Part shown: piece after piece, positions 1 through 7,027 of the stretch
How the letters are laid out: each line of letters opens with the position of its first letter
How positions within the stretch are numbered: the first letter of the stretch is position 1
From: Azolla caroliniana
Taxonomy: Eukaryota; Plantae; Polypodiophyta
Assembly: GCA_043228905.1 (NCBI GenBank)
Contig: JBHGNT010001449.1
Span: 1 to 8,318, forward strand
Reading direction: 5' to 3'
Length of the DNA stretch: 8,318 nt
The notes under the pieces: generated by a model
What the model was told of the DNA's origin: nothing
Databases searched by the model: none
What the model saw: only the letters and a program-made list of their open reading frames with translations
Made by a program: the position numbers and the translations under genes

Positions 1-32
1 AAGATGAGTTGCTTTCAGTTGTTCTCGTGAAG
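1..32 (+). CDS. WDR55: WDR55 exon (partial, begins upstream of the window): (E)DELLSVVLVK
   Basis: Frame from nt 3: GAT GAG TTG CTT TCA GTT GTT CTC GTG AAG, then donor AAG/GTGCTT at 33; phase 0. Confidence 0.9.
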
Positions 33-3000
33 GTGCTTTACACATTTGAGCTAGATTTGAATAGTCTTCTTGTTTTATTCTGCATAGTCCATCATTAGTG
101 TGTTCTAGAAATTGTTAAAAACTCTTAAGTTTGAGCTTATGAAGGTTTATGTATATGCACATTGAAGTGAAGACAAGCTTTCTATATTCATGAATATACT
201 TGACTATCTACTGCCTGCCGTTACCTAAAAATGTCAAACAAAGAAATTTCAGCTAGTTTTGAGTAACTGTTTGTATTAATCTGTAATTATCTTCAGTACA
301 ACTCTTTCAATATTCATGCTGTTCTGAAATGGCTTCGTGAGTTCATTCTACTGCAATTTCGTACCTGAATTCCCCTTGCAAAATCATTATATTTCCTGAC
401 TGTTTTGTTCATTGCATTATTATTTATTGGTAATTTTATAATCAAGAATGATTTCATGCCCAAATAGGATGGGCGCAAAATTGTTTGTGGATCACAAGAG
501 GGTGTTATTCTTCTATATTCTTGGCCGCATTTCAAAGATTGCAGGTGATGTCACTTCCTAAAGAACTCCCGTAACTGCAAAAATTAACCTTGATATCAAA
601 GGGATTGTTTTTCATTATTTGCAGTGACCGTTTTGTTGGACATCCAAAGTCAGTTGAGGCCATCCTGAAGGCGAGTTATCTCAAATTTGATCTCTTTCTT
701 CATGCATTGCTTAATTATGAGAGTATACCGTACGTATAATTATTTAGACAGTATTCTTTATTTTAGTTTTGATTTTATAATTTAAAGCTTATGATGTCTG
801 TTAGTTTAGTTGGATATTTAAAATGTTATAATTAATAGATGGGAATTGCAGTGCAGAATTTTGCTCACAGTCTACTAAATGTCTATAGACTTCCGCGTAT
901 GATTACTATATTAGTGCAAGTGAAACCAGCATCTGGGGGTTAGGTCGCAAAGGGTCTGGACTCTTTCATTCTCTTGTTTGCTGAACTCAGTAACTAAAAT
1001 TTTGCCTCAGGACTTTTCATTGGGTTAACATTCATTCCAAGTTTCTCCAAGTTGCAATCCAGTTTGGAAGATAGGAGAAGTCCATATGCATATGATTATC
1101 AATGATGAAATTATATTCTGACGGACTAACAATACTGAGGTTGGGATGCTGCAAGCTAAGTTGTAAGACCCTCTTTTTTCTAAAGGCCATAGACTTATAA
1201 CAAGCACCAAAAGAAGCTGAAGCTTCCATGACTGTTGAGATCCTAGAGACTGCTGTGGCTAGGGGCCATTAATACTAATTGGATTCAAAGTTAAGTGACC
1301 TCCAATCTCAGAGCTGATTTGGAGAGACCAGCTATCAAGTACAGGTAAAAGATCAACTCAGCTAAAAGCTTTTGTTGGAACGTTCATATGAAAAACCCCT
1401 CATACAATTTTTGCTGTGCGAGGCTTGCCACTGTTGAACTGAGCAAGTGCTGAGTGTGCTTGTAGGGGACATCAAGTTGGAGTGAAAAATGGGCTATTAT
1501 AGGATTGAAGAAGAAAAAGAGATAAGGTCTGAGATTTGGGCAAAGGAGGCTGTTTTGTAAACGTTTGCCAAGAGATGGAGAGTGAACTGTACATGAAGAA
1601 AAGAGAATGGAATAAAAGAATTAGGTTTAGGGTTTAGATAAGAGAATGGAGCTATCAAAGTAGCTTTTGTCTGGACTTTGTGTTCGAGCATGTCAGTTGG
1701 GGCCGGGGGTGATTCTTGCTCAAGCCATTGACTTTTCTGTCACTGGTTTATGAACTCAGACACTTGTATTTGGGTTTAAAAGAGTTAATTACATATTCTT
1801 AGTGTGTATTTGAGTTTAAAAGAGTTAATTATATGTTCTTAGTGTGATATACACTCAAATGCAATGCATTATGGACCATCAGACCGTTACAACAGGAGCA
1901 CATTTTCTTTATGCTTCTTTAGTTCCTTAGTGACCACATTTTCTCCTCCTTTTTTGTGACTTTCACTTGCTTCTTTTTCCTGATCACGTTATAGTTCTTT
2001 TCTTCCAACTAATTGTTTCATATCCTTCCTGGCGGCGAAGTTTTTCTTAAAGTTTTCAGAAATAAAAAAGGGCTGCCTTGAATTCTTATATATGCTTCAT
2101 TTGTTCATTTGACATAATACATGCCAATTTTCCTTTTACTGGCTTCCCTAAAATTATCTGTAGAAGGCTCATAAGCATAGCCCAAATTTAAAACAAATGT
2201 TTCTAAAGGCTCATGAGAAAATTCTCTCATCAACATGAAGACAAATTCTTAGGGAGTCTTATGTGGGATTAAATTTCTGTTGTCAGTTGGCAATATGGAT
2301 TTTTTGTTGTAACAAAAGGAAATTAGTTTTCTATTAAATAAACTGTTTGAAGTATCGAATGCAGCACCTTATGTGCTTCATTTGTTAATTAAATGTTTTA
2401 TTCTAACTTATGCAGTTTGATGAAGACACAATATTAACCGGATCAAGTGATGGCCTAATCAGGTAGACTATCTGGGTATGTCTACCTGTCTGTCAGTTTT
2501 ATGGTATTCTAATGCTTGTGTTGAACTCTTGGTGTTACTAGCATTCTTTTTTTCAATATGTTTAATGGAACTGGGTGTGCATCCTTGAAGAATATCTGGT
2601 TTTCATGCATCGAGGAAAGCTTCTTGCTTATCTTATTTATAGTTTTATTCCTTAATTTGAATATTGTTAGATTTCAGTTATCTTGCATTTATCTATGACA
2701 CTCTTGGCATTGAGTGTCATTGCATAACAGTTCTATCCCATTGCAGACGTTAATACTATTCTCGTTCTTTCTGTTTCTCTCTGATCAAACCATCTGTCTC
2801 CCCTCATGTATAGTGTGGCTTTATATGGCCTTCATAGCAGCTGGAAATGATAATCCAAGAGAGGTCCTTCTCTGACTATTTGCAACTGTATTCCTTGCGG
2901 AGAATCACATGTTCTATTACCATTTGAATCTGCTACTACTATCTTACTTTGAAGTGTTTGAAGCTCATAAATTGTAACATTTGGTTATTATTTTTAGTAC

Positions 3001-4149
3001 ATGTTACACTACATTCCTACATCTGCAGGGTTATATCCATCCTTCCAAATAAAATGATAGGGGTCATTGGAGAGCATGCGGATTTTCCTATTGAAAGAAT
3101 GGGTATCATGTTTTTCCTAACTATATTTTTAGAGTGTCAGCCTATTTGAAGGTAATAACTTGGGTTTGTATGTGCAGCATTTAATTCTGATCACAGGGTA
3201 CTTGGGAGTGCGTCACATGATCATGTTTTGAAGGTTAGAGAAACTTGCATGCTGTTAAAATTGCTAATTTGGTTTTTACAATATAAATGCATATTTGCCA
3301 TCTGAAGGTCTTAGATTGGTTAGTGACATTGTTTATCTAATACTGTAGATAGTTGATGGAAAAGTTAAATGTTTGTGTATGACAGCTTTGGGATATAAAC
3401 TTTTTGTATGATGAGGATATGAATGCAACTGAAGATCGAGCAGCAGCAGAAAATAAAGATAGTGATGATGATTCTGAAGATGAAAATAAAAAAGGTAATT
3501 GGCAAATGTTGCAATAATATTATATGTATTGAAATCACAAGGACCTCTTTGTCGACTGGCTATAGTTGTGTTTTTGAGGACCATTGTAGAAATCTAGAAT
3601 ACTTAAATACTGCACACTCCATTCTGGCACAGCATCCAAACGTTTGTTAGCCTGCCCTAAATGAGGTGACCATTGTCAAATATAGCCAGTCTGTCAAATA
3701 GTTTGCCGTCTGTGGGACATTCTATTTGAATAAGACACTGAACCTTTCAGACTTTATGATTAACCTTTTTTAAGATGATCTTTTGCAATTAATTTCTCTG
3801 AAACATGATATCTTTAATTACAGTATAATCAATAATACCAGAAAGTGGTGAAAAGGAGAAGCCTTTTCATCATAAGCAAGCTTTATGTAGAAAATGCTGA
3901 TCTAAGCAATTGTGTTGCACTTAATGTTTGGAGGTTATATCCATCCTTGTCTGTTTTGGTTCTCGTGGTTTGTCATGTATGGACTTTTGATTGGAGATGT
4001 ACAGAATGTTCTCCATGTGAATGCATTTCCAGCCTGAATAATTAATGTTGTTCATGGTGCTCATGATAGGGAAACGCAAGAAAAAGAGGAAGAAGCAAGA
4101 TAAGGGAGCTGGTACTTCTGGCCCAAGTTTCTTCAACGACCTCATATAG
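1..4149 (+). CDS. WDR55: WD repeat-containing protein 55 (WDR55/JIP5-like), 5'-truncated by the window edge; join(<1..32,468..544,625..670,2416..2462,3029..3102,3178..3233,3386..3494,4070..4149)
   Basis: Manual splicing gives one open frame: (E)DELLSVVLVK-DGRKIVCGSQEGVILLYSWPHFKDCS-DRFVGHPKSVEAILK-FDEDTILTGSSDGLIR-VISILPNKMIGVIGEHADFPIERMA-FNSDHRVLGSASHDHVLK-LWDINFLYDEDMNATEDRAAAENKDSDDDSEDENKKG-KRKKKRKKQDKGAGTSGPSFFNDLI*. This is colinear with Arabidopsis WDR55 as I recall it (EDELLSVVIMKNGRKVICG...LYSWGFFKDCSDRFV...LDEDRLITG...ILPNRII...GSTAHDSMLKLW...FFADL). Intron phases are consistent at all 7 junctions. Confidence 0.95.
468..544 (+). CDS. WDR55: WDR55 exon: DGRKIVCGSQEGVILLYSWPHFKDC(S)
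   Basis: Acceptor AATAG ends at 467; donor CAG/GTGATG at 545; 77 nt. Confidence 0.93.
625..670 (+). CDS. WDR55: WDR55 exon: (S)DRFVGHPKSVEAILK
   Basis: Acceptor TTTGCAG ends at 624; donor AAG/GCGAGT at 671 (GC type); 46 nt. Confidence 0.9.
1162..1894. mobile_element. Possible degenerate LTR-like relic inside the long WDR55 intron
   Basis: Begins TGTAAGACCC (1162) and ends CCGTTACA(ACA) (1891/1894), resembling plant LTR termini. The interior is purine-rich with CTATTATAG and AATAAA, unlike the T-rich intron flanks. No target-site duplication found. Confidence 0.3.
1765..1844. repeat. Tandem duplication, 2 x 40 bp
   Basis: TGTATTTGGGTTTAAAAGAGTTAATTACATATTCTTAGTG (1765-1804) and TGTATTTGAGTTTAAAAGAGTTAATTATATGTTCTTAGTG (1805-1844); 37/40 identical. 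Confidence 0.95.
2416..2462 (+). CDS. WDR55: WDR55 exon: FDEDTILTGSSDGLI(R)
   Basis: Branch-like CTAAC at 2403-2407; acceptor TGCAG ends at 2415; donor CAG/GTAGAC at 2463; 47 nt. Confidence 0.93.
3029..3102 (+). CDS. WDR55: WDR55 exon: (R)VISILPNKMIGVIGEHADFPIERM(A)
   Basis: Acceptor CTGCAG ends at 3028; donor TGG/GTATCA at 3103; 74 nt. Lies within ORF-track entry 2949..3149. Confidence 0.93.
3178..3233 (+). CDS. WDR55: WDR55 exon: (A)FNSDHRVLGSASHDHVLK
   Basis: Acceptor GTGCAG ends at 3177; donor AAG/GTTAGA at 3234; 56 nt. Contains the WD40 signature S-x-S-x-D-x-x-LK(LWD). Confidence 0.93.
3386..3494 (+). CDS. WDR55: WDR55 exon: LWD motif plus acidic tail
   Basis: Acceptor GACAG ends at 3385; donor AAG/GTAATT at 3495; 109 nt. 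Encodes LWDINFLYDEDMNATEDRAAAENKDSDDDSEDENKK(G). Confidence 0.92.
4070..4149 (+). CDS. WDR55: WDR55 terminal coding exon: basic cluster and FFNDLI* end
   Basis: Acceptor GATAG ends at 4069. Encodes (G)KRKKKRKKQDKGAGTSGPSFFNDLI with TAG at 4147-4149. An FFxDL terminus is typical of the family. Confidence 0.9.
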
Positions 4150-4844
4150 TTTGCACAATTTGCAGATAGTAATCCACATCACCACATTTTCTTGTAACCA
4201 AATTCAGGAGAGATAATATTAATACCTTCCGGTATGTTTCATCAAAAAACTCTTTTTTTTCTTGGCACAACATATAATATATGTCATCCATGCCAAAAGC
4301 TCAGAATATGTGCCATAAATGTTGCAAGAGATTCTTGTTGACAATAGTTCATCTATGGTGCCATATTATGTGGTTTCCACTCATTCGGGCAAGGTCAACA
4401 AAAGAAGATATGTATCCAGTCAAAGACTCATGAAGCCATCAGACATTCATGAATATGATATTTCTGTCGGTTGGGTATGCAGTGAACATTATGAGCTTCA
4501 CTTATTCGAGTTTCCATTTGTTAGTATTGTTTCTGAAGCTTATACTAAAACTTCTTATTTGATATCCTATTCAAATGCTTTATTCCAGATGTAATTGTTT
4601 CAAATTATCCAGTCTAGCTGAATGCATTATGCCATCCGAGCTCTTAATTGGCCGAGAAATCATGTGATAGTTTGGAAAGTGTTCATCGAAGACATGGAGA
4701 TGAATAGAACATGAGTTTTCAAATAAATACAATGTAAAGTTGGGGTCAATTGCATTCGTAAATCTGGACATCATGAGGGGCATATGAATGTTCATCAAGC
4801 TATCTCGCAAGGATTGTTATGCATGTTAATATTAAACGATCAGT

Positions 4845-5046
4845 ATGAAGAAAGTTAAAATCATCATTGAGTGCAATATGGTTGGGATTGGCGTCCTCGA
4901 TGCAAAAAGGGGGTTTGAAAGGTGGTTGGGTAAAACCGTAGTAAACTGAAAATATTTGAGGGCATGGATTGACTGTTTTGGCTATTCTAGAGTTCTAGTA
5001 GGATACCTGAATGCGGTGGATGAAGGCTTGATAGTTCTGCATTGAA
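4845..5046 (+). mobile_element. Possible decayed LINE reverse-transcriptase fragment
   Basis: A frame with an internal stop reads ...GVLDAKRGFERWLGKTVVN*KYLRAWIDCFGYSRVLVGYL..., loosely like the non-LTR RT motif LD-x-x-K-A-F-D-R-V-x-W-x-x-L...FGF. Eyeball similarity only. Confidence 0.25.
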
Positions 5047-5488
5047 TATTGCATTGAAGTTGACATGGCAGTCCAAAATTTTGGCAGAAAATCCTTGTAA
5101 AAAGCTAGGCTTCCAATGAAAATAATTTCCATATGGCTACTAAAGGTGTACCATCTACAGTACATTTTCCATTGCATCAATGTTACGAGGTAGATATAGC
5201 TGTAGGATAAAATGTGGACCCTATGATTGATCTTGGGTTGTCTGAAATTTATGACTTCGGTACTGCGGTGTAAACAAATGAGCCAATAGTGCAATGATCT
5301 CAAAAAATTCTCAAAACAAAGTAAAGATTGGAATTAAGGTTACTTGAAGTGATGATGTCCTTTGGGTATGTAAAAGAAACAAGCTTACCAGGATAGATTA
5401 AGGGTGAACAATAGGACTTATCATGTGTACACCTCCTATATGTATTTGAGAATCATCTCTATTCAATTATTAGTCTAATGTCTGTGTT

Positions 5489-5494
5489 TTTATT
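5489..5494 (-). promoter_or_regulatory. Candidate polyadenylation signal AATAAA for the chitinase-like gene
   Basis: TTTATT on the + strand, about 147 nt downstream of the stop codon. Confidence 0.4.
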
Positions 5495-5640
5495 ATTAAA
5501 GTGTCCATTCAAGTGACATGAATGAAGGTGAATTTCTTAGCTACAATGCAGAATCCAAAGAAGTTTTGGTGGGTTACATACACTAGTCTGTTATATGTAT
5601 ATAAATAGAATTTTTATATCTGGAGGTAGGAGTTGCAGGT

Positions 5641-6636
5641 TCAAAGTAATGGCTTGATGGAGGAGGCATACGTTGAGTTAGAATCGTCATAGGAGGTGTG
5701 GAGCATGACGCCTCCATAGTTACTGCTACCTTGCAAAAGTGGAAGTATGTCGGAGAGGAGTATAGAGGAGGGGATAAAACCCGAGATGGAAGCATTGGGT
5801 GAAGTGGGAATGCCAAGCAGAACCCGTACCTCAGGCAGTGCCTGAGTCCACTGTTGCCACGCACCCAGCATTGCAGACAGATCGGTGGGTCGGGAACCAT
5901 CGAATTCACACAATGAATTGTCGTAGAATCGCACCCACACGTAATCAAATGTGCTCGATTCTAGAGCACTCCCAGAAAGCTCTGGTCCAAGGTTTGGGTC
6001 TGGAAACGAGCATCCAGGGGATGCTGTGAGTATAGCACTCCCTACGCTCAGCTGCCTTACAAACTGGGCCAGATGGCCGTAATAGCTCATCGTGCCGGAA
6101 TTTCCAGCACCCGATTCTATGTCCAAGTCGATGCCGTCCAAAATGGCCGCTCCAAGTGGCCGGCTGCCTGGATCATCCGATTCGCCACTCAGAAAGTTGT
6201 TCCACAAGTAGGACGCCACATAGTCGGGACCTTCTTGATGTGGGGAAGCCTCTTCATTGTTTTCGTGATTGGAACGGCCGCCACCGCTGATGGAGAGCAG
6301 CACTCTCACGTTCAGTGACTGACATATGGCGATGTCTGTGGTCAAAGAAGTACAGCCTCCATTGCTGGAGTTGCAATGCAGGTCCAAATTCAGGTAAGGA
6401 TACTGCCCCAATAATACGTTACCAGCAGCCGACAGGTCTAGGTAAGATATGACCACCATGTCGTATACCGATGTTTGACACAACTCTGCCAATGTGGTAT
6501 TGTTGGAGTTCTGGCCCCAGTATGTAACCAGCTCACCCGATGCTTCGACACGGGCAAAATCATGATAATACTCCAATGCCACTATCATTGTCACTGATAA
6601 TACCGTGGCAATGGTGGTCACCACCATCAAAGCCAT
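5641..6636 (-). CDS. Acidic class III chitinase-like protein (GH18, hevamine/XIP subfamily), secreted, intronless, 331 aa
   Basis: ATG at 6636 opens a hydrophobic signal peptide (MALMVVTTIATVLSVTMIVAL...VEA/SG). Class III hallmarks follow: TYWGQN, YLWNNFL, SRPLGAAILDGIDLDIE (DxxDxDxE at 6138-6115), C-x-FPD, FDYVWVRFY, NYGGVML, and six Cys at hevamine positions. TGA at 5643-5641. Visibly GC-richer than the flanks. Confidence 0.95.
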   Translation of the reverse strand: MALMVVTTIATVLSVTMIVALEYYHDFARVEASGELVTYWGQNSNNTTLAELCQTSVYDMVVISYLDLSAAGNVLLGQYPYLNLDLHCNSSNGGCTSLTTDIAICQSLNVRVLLSISGGGRSNHENNEEASPHQEGPDYVASYLWNNFLSGESDDPGSRPLGAAILDGIDLDIESGAGNSGTMSYYGHLAQFVRQLSVGSAILTASPGCSFPDPNLGPELSGSALESSTFDYVWVRFYDNSLCEFDGSRPTDLSAMLGAWQQWTQALPEVRVLLGIPTSPNASISGFIPSSILLSDILPLLQGSSNYGGVMLHTSYDDSNSTYASSIKPLL

Positions 6637-6673
6637 GATTTCACCTGATCGGCAAGAATGTGCCGAATAGCAG

Positions 6674-6702
6674 TTCTCTCTCCCTCCCTCCCCCTCTCTC
6701 TC
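6674..6702. repeat. CT/GA-rich low-complexity tract in the chitinase 5' leader
   Basis: TTCTCTCTCCCTCCCTCCCCCTCTCTCTC, a 29-nt pure pyrimidine run on the + strand. Confidence 0.85.
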
Positions 6703-6748
6703 AAGCTGCCTTGTTCCCCTTCTGACTCTCAAGGCTCTGCTTGGTTCA

Positions 6749-6755
6749 ATTTATA
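6749..6755 (-). promoter_or_regulatory. Probable TATA box of the chitinase-like gene
   Basis: TATAAAT on the - strand, about 113 nt upstream of the ATG at 6636, with no intervening ATG. Confidence 0.65.
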
Positions 6756-6895
6756 CATTCCTGGCTCACGTAATGATGATGTCTTTCTCTCCTACTCGAT
6801 GAGTGAGAATAGTGTGGCCATATAGAAATATATAATGCACTGATCTAATTCACTCATCAATACTTCACGCTTATGTTATTCTTTAGACGTTCACA

Positions 6896-6916
6896 ATATA
6901 TATGTATATATATATA
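6896..6916. repeat. Interrupted (AT)n microsatellite
   Basis: ATATATATGTATATATATATA. Confidence 0.8.
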
Positions 6917-7019
6917 AAATAGAGTTCCCTTCATGTCTCGTACAATGTTTTCATAACAACTTCGTTTATTCAGCAATCCATACTCCACCATATGACCCTC
7001 TTGGGAACATAAATTATGT

Positions 7020-7027
7020 TCACGTGA
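7020..7027. promoter_or_regulatory. G-box palindrome TCACGTGA in the chitinase upstream region
   Basis: Perfect 8-bp palindrome containing CACGTG, about 265 nt upstream of the TATA box. A related TCACGTA lies at 6766-6772. Motif match only. Confidence 0.35.

Larger units (their letters stand above)
671..2415 (+). other. GC-AG spliceosomal intron of WDR55 (1745 nt)
   Basis: Donor AAG/GCGAGT and acceptor TGCAG. This join keeps the frame and the homologous ...ILK-FDED... junction. The nearest GT (675) would add 4 nt and frameshift. Confidence 0.85.

Noticed and set aside
2093-2386. 13-nt direct repeat TGCTTCATTTGTT (2093-2105, 2374-2386)
   Set aside because: T-rich and short enough to arise by chance in an intron. 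No element structure between the copies.
314-4145. Short ORFs within WDR55 (314..535, 1025..1210, 1032..1229, 1497..1691, 3333..3584, 3423..3650, 3845..4045, 3921..4145)
   Set aside because: Antisense or off-frame to real exons, or intronic. Several use non-ATG starts and none resembles a known protein. Only part of 2949..3149 is a true exon.
4262-4296. Imperfect hairpin TTGGCA..ACATAT/ATATGT..TGCCAA after the WDR55 stop
   Set aside because: Two 6-bp AT-rich stems with a large asymmetric bulge. Too short for a miRNA precursor or MITE.
4319-5303. Intergenic ORFs 4319..4594, 4580..4810 and 4995..5303
   Set aside because: Short, with no family motifs or coding-like composition. Consistent with chance ORFs.
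5583-6318. ORFs 5583..5948 (-), 5799..6029 (+) and 6073..6318 (+)
   Set aside because: Alternative-frame or antisense shadows of the GC-richer chitinase CDS, with no recognisable motifs.
6682-6694. G-quadruplex in the chitinase leader
   Set aside because: Only three G-runs of 3 or more (GGGGG-A-GGG-A-GGG). A canonical intramolecular G4 needs four.
6637-6732. 32-aa N-terminal extension of the chitinase ORF (363-aa version in the track)
   Set aside because: It starts at TTG only about 17 nt from the TATA box, probably upstream of the transcription start. It translates the GA-rich leader and would bury the signal peptide. The ATG at 6636 is the sensible start.
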